A stretch of 64,000 nucleotides of DNA from a virus: positions 41,888 through 105,887 of IMG/VR virus record IMGVR_UViG_3300032046_000006; one strand, given 5' to 3'. A program made the position numbers and the translations under genes. Position 1 is the first letter of the stretch. Each line of letters begins with the position of its first letter. Below, one piece after another: positions 10,182-19,928 of this stretch. The notes under the pieces were generated by a model, which did no database searches, had not been told where the DNA came from, and saw only the letters and a program-made list of their open reading frames with translations.

Positions 10182-10898
10182 TTAATTAGTTAGTTTATCT
10201 TTTATTTGCTGTCTTAATTCCATTTGATTATACCTAACATCTGACATTAAATTAAACATTGTTGGGTAATCGACTTTCTCGAAATTTTGAATCGCCGATT
10301 GTGGCGATACATTAAAAATTTTTGATTTAGAATTATTAAAATGTTTAAAAAATCTATCTGGGTCGTTGTGATTATAATATGAAACAAGTCCACTCCCACG
10401 ATGTAAAATTTTTTTTCCGTAATAATGAATGTCTTCTTTAGTTTGGGTTATCTTTTTATCTTTTGGATTTAGTTGCCCATAATCGAATCCGCATAAAAAT
10501 AGATTTTCAGGTTCAAACAATAAAGCCAGTTGCAAAGAAAAAATCCCAGTTAAAAAAGTTAAAAAACCATCTCGTAATGGATTATCTGAATAATTAGCAT
10601 TTCTTTTTAATAAGATAGTATTGGGATGTATTATTAGATTGGCTTTTGGTTTCATTGTACTGATAATTAGAGGTTCCTCTTTTAATCGTTCATAAATATC
10701 GGGATGTCTAGCAAGATTGGTAGAACGATAAAATTCCCTATCACAACAAGTTAAAAGAGTATGGTCAAAATGAAAAAAGGAAAAATTGCATACTATCACA
10801 AACTTATCTTTTATTTTATCTTTTAGACCTAAAGAGATTCCGTCAGATACAGATTTTCCTCCACCAATAATTATGATTTCTTTTATTTCTGGCACCAT
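10182..10898 (-). CDS. Sialyltransferase-fold (CstII/Maf-DUF115-like) glycosyltransferase
   Basis: IIIIGGGKS..VCN..D..TGIFSLQLA..LFLCGFDY pattern. Confidence 0.6.
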   Translation of the reverse strand: MVPEIKEIIIIGGGKSVSDGISLGLKDKIKDKFVIVCNFSFFHFDHTLLTCCDREFYRSTNLARHPDIYERLKEEPLIISTMKPKANLIIHPNTILLKRNANYSDNPLRDGFLTFLTGIFSLQLALLFEPENLFLCGFDYGQLNPKDKKITQTKEDIHYYGKKILHRGSGLVSYYNHNDPDRFFKHFNNSKSKIFNVSPQSAIQNFEKVDYPTMFNLMSDVRYNQMELRQQIKDKLTN

Positions 10899-11063
10899 TT
10901 ACATCCTTTTCCTCTTCTAAATTTGAAATTAGGTAGATTGCGTAAACAGTTAGGGCATTGCTCTATTTTAGAGCATTTTGGCTCATAAAATGCCACTTTT
11001 CTGCTTGTTTTATGCTTAAACCCACATAATATATGTATTTCTTCTAATAATCCTCTAATCAGG

Positions 11064-11222
11064 TCATTCTTCATTTTTTACCTTTCTTATTTCCCAGAAT
11101 TTTTTACGAACAATAGTTCCATCTAATAAACGAATATCTAAATCTTCGGAATAAATTTCGATAACATTTCCCTCACATACTTGATTATTGTTTTTCACTA
11201 ATACTGGGCACCCGAGGTACAT
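11064..11222 (-). CDS. Small hypothetical protein (52 aa, MYLGCPVLVK...)
   Basis: Read manually; AAGGA RBS; coupled to its neighbours. Confidence 0.45.
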   Translation of the reverse strand: MYLGCPVLVKNNNQVCEGNVIEIYSEDLDIRLLDGTIVRKKFWEIRKVKNEE

Positions 11223-11223
11223 T

Positions 11224-11781
11224 TTATCCTTTTATTAGTTTAATATTTTTCTTTTCTTTTATCCAATTTAAAATTAAATCTTTTTCAAAATCACCAAGGT
11301 GCCAAGGTTGTGTTTTTAAATTATGGTAAAAAGTCCCCGATTCAAAAAAATCAAATCCATAAATAGTTAATGATTTAAATTCTATATATTTTATTAAAAA
11401 ATGTATTGCTAAAAGTCCGGTCGAAGGAAGTTTATCTTCGGGAAAGAAAAATTTAAGTTCTCTCCAATCTTCGGCTGGGTTTTGGAAAGCATTTTCTTTT
11501 ATCCAATCTGTTGCTAATCTATTATCTGCGGTCATCCATACGACATACTTTGCATTAAAATTGCGTTTTAATTCTTCTTTGAAGCGGGTAGATATAAATA
11601 ATACATCAGTTCTTTTTCCTATAAATTCTTCTTTTCCTTGAGAAATCCCCCGGTTCATTCTACAAATTATATCAAATTTTTCTATGTCTTTTTTGGTATT
11701 TAATATACTACGGGCATTTCCTAATAAACAAATATCTTTATCCTTTAAATATAATTGTAACTTAGTTAGGTTAGTTTTCAT
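11224..11781 (-). CDS. GT29 sialyltransferase-like glycosyltransferase
   Basis: Sialylmotif-like L (ICLLGNA..IEKFDIICRMN..GKRTD), S (PSTGLLAI..YGFDF) and VS (HxxxxE). Confidence 0.8.
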   Translation of the reverse strand: MKTNLTKLQLYLKDKDICLLGNARSILNTKKDIEKFDIICRMNRGISQGKEEFIGKRTDVLFISTRFKEELKRNFNAKYVVWMTADNRLATDWIKENAFQNPAEDWRELKFFFPEDKLPSTGLLAIHFLIKYIEFKSLTIYGFDFFESGTFYHNLKTQPWHLGDFEKDLILNWIKEKKNIKLIKG

Positions 11782-12374
11782 TTTAAATGCCTTGTTTTCC
11801 TCGATAACTGATACTGTTCGATTATCGCATTATCTATCGGATTATGAGTTAACCCCTTTGGTGTTGTAGGAATATAACAATATTCCCAAGGCAAATTAAA
11901 ACAGGTTATTTCTGGATGGCATTTTAATAACTCAGTCAATTCGTGTCTGTGAGAATGAGTTATATTGGCAATGATTTTTGCAAGTTCTTCTAATAACAAT
12001 TTGGTTTTATTATTATTTTTTATAAATAAAGTTCCATCCAATAATTCTAATCTTTCTTGAGTTTTTCCGAAATGTTTTTTCCAAGATAAAATATGAAATC
12101 CTAAATCTTCAGTAATTTCAAATAAAAGAGAGGGGTATCGCAAAATATTGGCATCGGCGTCGACCCAAACAAGGTCTTCAGTAGAACTATTCAATTTTTC
12201 TAAAATAATATCTACTTTATGAGAACTATTTTTTTGCCATTTACCGAGAGATTCAAAAGGTTTAACCCAATAATTGAGATTAAATTTTTTAAATGAAGGA
12301 ACGAGTACATTATTGATTTGTTCTTCATAAGGAGTGTTGACAGTGTATCCTGATATGAAAATTAAATTATTCAT
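11778..12374 (-). CDS. Nucleotide-diphospho-sugar transferase (GT-A fold)
   Basis: VWVDADA DxD motif, GTLFIKNN, LPWEYC. Confidence 0.75.
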   Translation of the reverse strand: MNNLIFISGYTVNTPYEEQINNVLVPSFKKFNLNYWVKPFESLGKWQKNSSHKVDIILEKLNSSTEDLVWVDADANILRYPSLLFEITEDLGFHILSWKKHFGKTQERLELLDGTLFIKNNNKTKLLLEELAKIIANITHSHRHELTELLKCHPEITCFNLPWEYCYIPTTPKGLTHNPIDNAIIEQYQLSRKTRHLK

Positions 12375-15300
12375 TTAATAATGACTAATAATTGGGACTA
12401 TTGTGGGAGATTTTTTATTGGTAGAAACAACATAGCAATATTCAGAAGGTAATTCAAATAATTTTATGTCTGGATTTTGTTTTAAGGCTATCTCAAAAGC
12501 GATTCGCTGTCTTTGTTCGCAATTAGGTAACTCTTTTTCCCATGAATCGAGAAATTTTAATACTTTTTCGTTATTTCTTAAAAATATAGTTCCGCATAAA
12601 GGATGTTTTGGAATAATCTTGTTATGTATTTTTGTTTCTTCTGTATAATGAATGGCAATGTCATAATATTCTGGAATTTCATCAAATAAAGAAGGATAAG
12701 AATTAATAGTTGCGTCAATATTTATGAATATGACATCTTCTTCATGAGTTAATAAAAACTGCTTGATAAAATCAATACGATAATTGCTATTTAGTCGCCA
12801 ATTTCCTAAAGAAGGAACTTCATTAATATAATAATTTAATTTGAGATTTTTTACAGAAGAAAGTAGATATTTTTCGGCGATAGATTTTTGCTCATTAATA
12901 TAATAACTGATTATTGTGTTATCTAATTTAGTAGAAACTATAATATTGGGGGCTGTTTTGATTTCAGTTAAATAATTATTTGTAAGATTTTTTATAGTTT
13001 CATAATCCTTTTCATAAATTGATTTGTAAATTTTATCCCATTTGGGTTGCAATAAAGACCAACTAAAATATTTTTCAACCCATAAACGATTTCTTTCTCC
13101 TATTTGTTTTCTTAATTTAGGATTTTGTTTTAAAATATCCAAACATTTATTCATACTATCAACAGTTTTATCTTCTTCAACAGGGACTATCCATTGAGGT
13201 TCAAGAAGTAATCTAATAGACCCAACATCGGTAGAAATCACAGGTATTCCGCATGCCATTGCCTCCAGAACTACTCTTGGCATAGCTTCACTTGAACTCG
13301 TCAATACAAGAACATCGATAGTTTTATAGAACTCTTTCATTGGGTCTAAGTTTGTTTCTTTAAGAAAGAGTTTTTCATTATGTCCAGAACATTGTTTGAT
13401 TACTGGGTATTTTAATTTATCAAGCAAATGTGTTCTTTTTACTGGGGCTTCTCTTCCCACCCAGCCAACATTAAATCTATTTCTATTAAATTTATTGGGA
13501 AGAAAATAATTGGTATCTATTCCTTTAGGTAACCATACGGTTTGTTTAGGTAAATATCTTTTTTTAATGGTAGGTAAAAAATTAAGAGATAGAGTAGCAA
13601 ATAAATCAATATATTCTGCGGGATATTCACGATTTGCTTCTCCTCCATCAGACCCGATTATTATTAATCCACTTTCTTTCGCTTTTTTTAAAATGGGAAT
13701 ATTATAAGAATGAAACATAACTGGAGAATGGAAATACATTATATCATATTTCGTGAAGTCAAAATCATTAAGTTTTTCATATAATTCTTCTATTTTAATA
13801 CAATCTAAATTATATTTGGAATATTTTTTCCGTTCTAAATAATTAAAATAAAACGCCCATCCATACTGGTCTACTATTTCAAGAATTCTTAAAGAGGGAT
13901 TAATTATTGTTTTTGCTTTTTTAAGAAAGTCGTCAGTTATCAATTCTATAGTATCAAAATCGTCATAATATAAAGATTTAAATACTTTATCCCAAAGTGG
14001 TTGATTAACTTTCCAACTAAATTGTTCTTCCATTCGTTCTCTGTTTTTTTTACCTATTTCTTTTCTCAGATTTGGATTTTTTTCTAATAATTTCAATTTT
14101 TGATTCATTTCTTTAATACATTGAGTTTGTTCAATGGGAACCATCCATTCTTCATTTAAAAGAATAGGAACACTACCAACAGGGGTAGAAATTACAGGGA
14201 TTCCGCATGCCATTGCTTCTAAAACACTTCTTGGCATACATTCTTGCTCGCTCATAAGAACTAAACAATCCAAAGATTGATAAAACTTTTTCATTGGTTC
14301 TAATGTTCGTGTTTCTATAAAGAATTCTTTTCCATGTTGCGTTTGAGTTTCAATTGGGTAATTTAATTGTTGTAAAAGATTATTTCGCTTTTCTCCACAA
14401 TTTATTCTTCCTACCCAACCCACTTTAAATTTTGTGTTATCAAATTCTTTTTTAGGTAAAAAGAAGTTAGTATCAATAGATTCTGGCAAAAAGACCACAT
14501 GGATTCCTGGATAAGTTTTTTTTAATTTTTCTATATCATTATAATCAATCGCCACAATTAAGTCAGCATAAGGATATTTGCCTAATATCATACCTGAATG
14601 TGCTCCAATAATTTTGGTATTTTTAAATTTTGGAGATTTTTTGATTTCTGGAATAATATTAAAAACGCTATTACTGATATTAGTTTGAGGAAAATAAATA
14701 ATATCAGGAGTTTTAGTTTCTAAATATTTATTTAAATCTTGCAATCGGCAATATTCTATATTATGCTCGCTATATTTTTGTTGTTCTTTTGCTATAAAGA
14801 AATAAGCCCATCCGAATTGGTCAATTACTTTGAGTATATTTAATTTTTTGGGGTTGAGTTGAGTATTTTTTATATTAAAATCAAGATTTAATTTGGCAGA
14901 ATATACTCCTAATAACGCCCAAAAATCGATTTCGTTAAATCCGCACAATAATCTTTCTAAAAATATTTTTTCAAAATCCCCCCATCCCGTCCATTTATAT
15001 TTTTTAATTTTTTGAGTTAAAGTATAATATCTTTGATAAATCAATTTATTAGTCCACAAAGGCGAATGAATTCCCATTACCATTTTATTCTTTAGGGTTT
15101 TATATCCATTTTTTTCTATTTGTTCATGAAAATCGGATGTTCCGTCTGTATTGGTGGAATCATTCAATATATTAAATTTATAATTTTTTACTATTTCGTA
15201 TTTATAGCATTTAAGAGCATCAATTTTCTTGTTTAAATGTTCATCCAAAAGTTTAAAAATATAACTAAATGTTTTGCTGTCGCTCTGTTTTAGAGTATTA

Positions 15301-15539
15301 TAAACAATCTCAATAGCATTAGGATAAAGAATAAAATCTCCATCACATTGTATAAAATAAGGAGTTTTGCATCGATTAATCATTTCTTGCATTGCTTTAT
15401 TTTGAGGACATATATCTTTTATTATATCTAATTTAAATTGAACTGTTTGTTTTTTTAATGCTTCTATACAACCAAGATAATTAGGATTGCCCTCAATTGA
15501 TAGAACAAATACAGTTAAACTTGCTGATAAATCTACCAT
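12375..15539 (-). CDS. Four-domain glycosyltransferase (GT2-like + GT4 + GT4 + GT-A)
   Basis: FIQCDGD; two copies of VGWVGR..S..E.MPR.VLEAMACGIPVIST.VG..FSW; C-terminal domain paralogous to 11778..12374. Confidence 0.85.
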   Translation of the reverse strand: MVDLSASLTVFVLSIEGNPNYLGCIEALKKQTVQFKLDIIKDICPQNKAMQEMINRCKTPYFIQCDGDFILYPNAIEIVYNTLKQSDSKTFSYIFKLLDEHLNKKIDALKCYKYEIVKNYKFNILNDSTNTDGTSDFHEQIEKNGYKTLKNKMVMGIHSPLWTNKLIYQRYYTLTQKIKKYKWTGWGDFEKIFLERLLCGFNEIDFWALLGVYSAKLNLDFNIKNTQLNPKKLNILKVIDQFGWAYFFIAKEQQKYSEHNIEYCRLQDLNKYLETKTPDIIYFPQTNISNSVFNIIPEIKKSPKFKNTKIIGAHSGMILGKYPYADLIVAIDYNDIEKLKKTYPGIHVVFLPESIDTNFFLPKKEFDNTKFKVGWVGRINCGEKRNNLLQQLNYPIETQTQHGKEFFIETRTLEPMKKFYQSLDCLVLMSEQECMPRSVLEAMACGIPVISTPVGSVPILLNEEWMVPIEQTQCIKEMNQKLKLLEKNPNLRKEIGKKNRERMEEQFSWKVNQPLWDKVFKSLYYDDFDTIELITDDFLKKAKTIINPSLRILEIVDQYGWAFYFNYLERKKYSKYNLDCIKIEELYEKLNDFDFTKYDIMYFHSPVMFHSYNIPILKKAKESGLIIIGSDGGEANREYPAEYIDLFATLSLNFLPTIKKRYLPKQTVWLPKGIDTNYFLPNKFNRNRFNVGWVGREAPVKRTHLLDKLKYPVIKQCSGHNEKLFLKETNLDPMKEFYKTIDVLVLTSSSEAMPRVVLEAMACGIPVISTDVGSIRLLLEPQWIVPVEEDKTVDSMNKCLDILKQNPKLRKQIGERNRLWVEKYFSWSLLQPKWDKIYKSIYEKDYETIKNLTNNYLTEIKTAPNIIVSTKLDNTIISYYINEQKSIAEKYLLSSVKNLKLNYYINEVPSLGNWRLNSNYRIDFIKQFLLTHEEDVIFINIDATINSYPSLFDEIPEYYDIAIHYTEETKIHNKIIPKHPLCGTIFLRNNEKVLKFLDSWEKELPNCEQRQRIAFEIALKQNPDIKLFELPSEYCYVVSTNKKSPTIVPIISHY

Positions 15540-16192
15540 TTTTTTTCTCCGCAGTTAAAAAGATAATCAATTGCTGAAAGTCCAGGTAAGAATGGTTCAT
15601 ACATCTGATTATAGATAGGATGTTCAAATTCGTGAAAGACCACATTTATTCTTGCACACTTAAATAGAGGTAAATCTAAGTAATCCATTCCACTCTGTCC
15701 AGATAAATAAGTATCTGCTCTCAACATTTGGCAAATTTCCAAACATTTTCCAGAACCATGTTTAGAGTATAAATTGAGATTAGAAGTAAATTCAATACGA
15801 GGTTTAATATTAAACCAGTTTAACATTTGACATAATAATTCATAATTATAATCAAATAAGAAATCATATTTTTTATTAATAATCTCTTGAATTTTCGGAA
15901 AATATTTATCGAAATAAGAAGATTTAGAGTAATTTTGTTGAATCGAATTTAACATTTTTCTTTGCCAATCGGATTCATGTACTACTTTTACTTCTTTAAA
16001 ATTTAAACCAAGGTGAAAGTTAGTAGGAATAGTAACCCATTGGCAACCTTGCGGGGTTCTGATTTTGTTGCGATTGTCATAATAATTCTTTTTCACTTGA
16101 AAAGTATCTGCAATTACAAAAGTATCTGCTTTTGAGACTTTATCGAAAAATCCTAAATATGACAAAAACTCTGGTTGGTGAATCACTAACAT
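15533..16192 (-). CDS. WbqC-like protein
   Basis: IHQPEFLSYLGFFDK..NRNKI..YLSGQSGMDYL..Y.Q..F.PGLSAIDYLFN. Confidence 0.9.
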   Translation of the reverse strand: MLVIHQPEFLSYLGFFDKVSKADTFVIADTFQVKKNYYDNRNKIRTPQGCQWVTIPTNFHLGLNFKEVKVVHESDWQRKMLNSIQQNYSKSSYFDKYFPKIQEIINKKYDFLFDYNYELLCQMLNWFNIKPRIEFTSNLNLYSKHGSGKCLEICQMLRADTYLSGQSGMDYLDLPLFKCARINVVFHEFEHPIYNQMYEPFLPGLSAIDYLFNCGEKKW

Positions 16193-16827
16193 TTATACTC
16201 CATTTTTATAATATCAAATACTTCACTATATTTACATCCCAATTCTATGCCTCTTAATGTCGCTAAAGAAGTAACCAAATCTTTCCAATAAAGATATTTA
16301 GAATATTGACTTTTATGTTCTTGTAGAGATTTTAATTTAATGTTAAGAAAGTTGTCAATATTCACATAAAGTAATGGTCTGAATAATTGAGTAGATGTTT
16401 TAGAAGGAAATAAAGTTTCGAACATCCAAATAGTTGGGCAATATCTTGCTGCCGACATTACTGCTCTTGCAGTATTAAAATGGTCAGAATGACTCTCATT
16501 GAGGGCGTGAGTTATGATAATGTTTGGTTTAAAAATATCCATCCATCTATTTAACGATTCTATTAGATTAGAATTGAAAGGAACATCTTTCGTGGGATAA
16601 TTTAAACAAATCATTTTTTGTACTCCCAAAACTTCAAAACTCTTGACTCCTTCTTCTTTTGCTTGTTGTTCTGTTCGCAAGATAGCCCCATTATAGGAGG
16701 TATAATCTGATTTAGTAACTGTAATAGTCCATACAATATCTCCTTGAGAAGTAAATTTTGCAATAGTTCCTCCACAGGAGAGAACTGCATCATCAAAATG
16801 TGATTCTACAATTAGTATATTTTTCAT
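16186..16827 (-). CDS. PIG-L/LmbE family deacetylase
   Basis: SHFDDAVLSCGG, HSDH, HKSQ. Confidence 0.9.
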   Translation of the reverse strand: MKNILIVESHFDDAVLSCGGTIAKFTSQGDIVWTITVTKSDYTSYNGAILRTEQQAKEEGVKSFEVLGVQKMICLNYPTKDVPFNSNLIESLNRWMDIFKPNIIITHALNESHSDHFNTARAVMSAARYCPTIWMFETLFPSKTSTQLFRPLLYVNIDNFLNIKLKSLQEHKSQYSKYLYWKDLVTSLATLRGIELGCKYSEVFDIIKMEYKC

Positions 16828-17730
16828 CTACTTCTCCATAAAATTTCTAAAACAATATTTGCAAGCCAACGGTAATTCTCCATAGAAACCTTTTCTAAAT
16901 TGGGTACAGTATTCGTTTTCCCATACATTTTTATCGTAAATAGTTCCATTTTCTTTCTTGGGGGAAAAAATTGAGTTACAAATCGATATACTTCCATTTC
17001 CATTTATTGATATTCTACTCCACGCCAATCTACACCATTTTTTAAGATTGTTTGGGTCAATTAAAGTCGGATAGCAGGTAATTAAATTTGATTCAGGTAA
17101 AGTTTTTATTTTATCTATTGATTCGTTTTCCCAATAAGTTAAAACTCTATTTAAAAATTCATTCTTGGTTTGTTCATCTTTTATATGATGAGGCAAAATA
17201 TTTATTAGATGGACTTCTCTTACTTTGAGTGTTTTTGCTAATCTTAAAAATTCAGGAATATGAATAAGATTAAATTTATCGCAAACATAAGATAAATAAA
17301 TATTAAATCCTTCTTTTATATATAATTTTATTCCTTCTAAAATATGAATAAATTGATTTTTATTATGACAGATTTTTTCATGTAATTCTTGTGTCGGGGC
17401 ATTAAGACTAACCGAAATATAATTGGGGGAATATTTTTTAAGAATATTAAATCTGTCTATTAATAAACTTCCATTAGTAATAAGTCCGCAATATACATTT
17501 TTTTCTTTGATAAATTTTAAAATTTCTTCTAAATTCTCGCACATAAGAGGTTCGCCAAAACCTGCTAAACATAGTCCTTTAATTGTAGGGAAAGATTCTA
17601 ATAGTTTCTCTATTGCCTCTATAGACATATCTGGAGATGTTTCTATTTTTTTGCTTTGTCTAAGGCAAAAGGAGCATTTAAAATTGCATTTGTTGGTCAT
17701 AAATAAAGTGGCAATAGTAGGAAGATTCAT
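16828..17730 (-). CDS. Radical SAM protein with SPASM/twitch domain
   Basis: CNFKCSFC, GFGEPL, TNG, C-terminal C..C..CKYC. Confidence 0.9.
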   Translation of the reverse strand: MNLPTIATLFMTNKCNFKCSFCLRQSKKIETSPDMSIEAIEKLLESFPTIKGLCLAGFGEPLMCENLEEILKFIKEKNVYCGLITNGSLLIDRFNILKKYSPNYISVSLNAPTQELHEKICHNKNQFIHILEGIKLYIKEGFNIYLSYVCDKFNLIHIPEFLRLAKTLKVREVHLINILPHHIKDEQTKNEFLNRVLTYWENESIDKIKTLPESNLITCYPTLIDPNNLKKWCRLAWSRISINGNGSISICNSIFSPKKENGTIYDKNVWENEYCTQFRKGFYGELPLACKYCFRNFMEK

Positions 17731-17731
17731 T

Positions 17732-18346
17732 TTATTCCTTTTTTAATATCATTAAAAATTCTTCTTCGGTATATGTGGTAATTCCATCTGCATACTCTCT
17801 CAATCCAATCCAAGGTATTTTCCGTATAGATAATCGAGTATATCGTTCAGTAAGTTTCATTATATCTTCTTCTAACAGACAATATGGATGGGCAGAATCT
17901 CTAACTTTCTTTTCTTTAAAAAACTCTACAGCTAAAATAAAATGTCCTTGTGGTTTTAATACTCTATAAATTTCATTATTTGTTTTTTCAATATCATCAA
18001 CATGGTCAAGAGCATTAGAGCAAAAAACTACATCAAAAAAATTATCCTTAAATGGGATGTTTTCTCCTTTTGCTTTTAAAATGTTTAATTCAGGAGGATA
18101 ATCGTATAATGTTTTATAAGTTTCTGCTAATGGGTCTATCCCAAATCTTTCTCCTGGAAGAAAGTGCAAAATAGTAGAAATTCCACATCCCATATCCAAA
18201 ATAATGGATCGATTATTAAATTTACAATGGTCAAGAATAGTATCAAAATATCTATATTTTTGCCAATATTCTAATACTTTTTCTTTATTATTTTTAAATA
18301 TTTTTGCCCAGCGTTTTTGAAATAATAATTCGTCTTCGGCTTTCAT
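17732..18346 (-). CDS. Class I SAM-dependent methyltransferase
   Basis: LDMGCG, IPFKDNFFDVV, LDH, RVLKPQG; start taken at the ATGA overlap. Confidence 0.9.
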   Translation of the reverse strand: MKAEDELLFQKRWAKIFKNNKEKVLEYWQKYRYFDTILDHCKFNNRSIILDMGCGISTILHFLPGERFGIDPLAETYKTLYDYPPELNILKAKGENIPFKDNFFDVVFCSNALDHVDDIEKTNNEIYRVLKPQGHFILAVEFFKEKKVRDSAHPYCLLEEDIMKLTERYTRLSIRKIPWIGLREYADGITTYTEEEFLMILKKE

Positions 18347-19248
18347 CGAATCATCTCCTGAAAGTGGGAATCTATTATTCGAACTGCAATCTTCATTTCT
18401 GTCATCAAATTGATTTTGGAATTCCATAGTTCTACATCTACAGGTTCTTTAATTAACCTTATAAGTTCTTCGCCATTTGAAAAGGTAGAAAGTTCTAAAT
18501 CCTCCACCATTTCTGGTTGAATGTAAGTTTCTCGGCTTAATTTTTTACTTCTAGGAATTAATGTTCTTATTCCTCTCCCAACCATATCAAGAACAGAAAA
18601 TTCATAACTTCCCGCATGAGTTTGAATGAATGTTTCTATTTGAGAAGTATTATTCATATACTCTTCATAAGTTGGAGTATTTAACATTGGCTTTATATAA
18701 GAAGCAACAGTTTCTTTTTTAGTAAACTGATAAATTTGATATTCTTCTTTAAGAGGTTTTAGCCACTCTGCAATTTCTTTAGATATATCACGACAATCGG
18801 GGCATACTCCTACATCATCTAATAAAATAGTTTTCGGAATTTTGGGTTTATTAATCATAAAATCTTTACTATATGGAAAAGGAATATAACAATCCATCGG
18901 TTTTTGTTTTCTATGTAATCCAAAGAAATAATCAACGGGTTGATTAGATGATTCTATGAAAGAGCAAATTTGATATTTAATTCTTGGTTTAACTTTTTGT
19001 ATTTGGTCAATAGGAGGGTAATGATTCCAAGTATGAATTAATAAAAAATCCAGATTAGGTATTTTATCAAGAAAAAGATTGGGATTGTTCCATTCTCCTC
19101 CTCCAGATAAGGGCAATAAATGCAATGTTACATAAGGCAAAAGTTTAAATTCTTTTTCTAATCCAGCATAATTCATTTCGACTGCTTGAGTGCACTCTTT
19201 CAAAGAATTTGCTCTCCAACCTATTAATCCTAACGAATAATTATTCAT
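18343..19248 (-). CDS. Divergent GT-B-like protein
   Basis: FIQTHAGSYEFSVLDMVGRG resembles the GT-B E-x7-E region; operon context. Confidence 0.45.
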   Translation of the reverse strand: MNNYSLGLIGWRANSLKECTQAVEMNYAGLEKEFKLLPYVTLHLLPLSGGGEWNNPNLFLDKIPNLDFLLIHTWNHYPPIDQIQKVKPRIKYQICSFIESSNQPVDYFFGLHRKQKPMDCYIPFPYSKDFMINKPKIPKTILLDDVGVCPDCRDISKEIAEWLKPLKEEYQIYQFTKKETVASYIKPMLNTPTYEEYMNNTSQIETFIQTHAGSYEFSVLDMVGRGIRTLIPRSKKLSRETYIQPEMVEDLELSTFSNGEELIRLIKEPVDVELWNSKINLMTEMKIAVRIIDSHFQEMIR

Positions 19249-19250
19249 TC

Positions 19251-19382
19251 TTAATCCTTTAAAATATAATAAAGTTTCTTTATATTTTCCCAAGTTAATT
19301 TAAATAGTTCACTAGTGAATATAAATAAAAATATAATTATGCCACAAATAAACCCGATAAAAAAATAGAACAATTTACTCAT
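19251..19382 (-). CDS. Small membrane protein (43 aa, MSKLFYFFIGFICG...)
   Basis: Read manually; single hydrophobic segment. Confidence 0.5.
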   Translation of the reverse strand: MSKLFYFFIGFICGIIIFLFIFTSELFKLTWENIKKLYYILKD

Positions 19383-19914
19383 TATATTTTCCTTCTTTTA
19401 ACCATTGAGAATATGCCTGTAAAATTTCTGATATTGTAACAGGGCAATAATTCCATTGTTCCACCGAAACATTACAGCAATCTGTAAATGTCATACCCTT
19501 ACGAAATCTCTTAAATTTCCACTTTTCATGTACGTGTCCGCAAATATTGAAATTATAGTTTACATTGCAATATTCTGGGTCATGAACTAAAAATATTCGT
19601 TTCCCTCCAAGTTTGATAACCAGATTTTGGATGGGAGTTTTACATCCATTATTTTTATCATGGCTCCCATCAAGGAATATGATATTCCCCTTTAATAATG
19701 GTCTAATAGTATCGAATTTTTGCCCATCGGGAGCTTCAGTTGATTTAGTAAACCCCCAATCACCCAAGAAGAATATAGTATCGTTAGATTTAACTCTTGA
19801 ATTCCAATTATCTATGATTTTTTTATTCATTTCCTCTACATTAGAGAAAGGTCTATTGCAATAAGATATAATTTTTGTATGTGAAAAATGGGTATCACTA
19901 ATAAAGAAAAACAT
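19375..19914 (-). CDS. Calcineurin-like metallophosphoesterase
   Basis: SDTHFSH, LGD, GSHD, GHVH. Confidence 0.85.
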   Translation of the reverse strand: MFFFISDTHFSHTKIISYCNRPFSNVEEMNKKIIDNWNSRVKSNDTIFFLGDWGFTKSTEAPDGQKFDTIRPLLKGNIIFLDGSHDKNNGCKTPIQNLVIKLGGKRIFLVHDPEYCNVNYNFNICGHVHEKWKFKRFRKGMTFTDCCNVSVEQWNYCPVTISEILQAYSQWLKEGKYNE

Positions 19915-19928
19915 TTATTTTATCCTTT

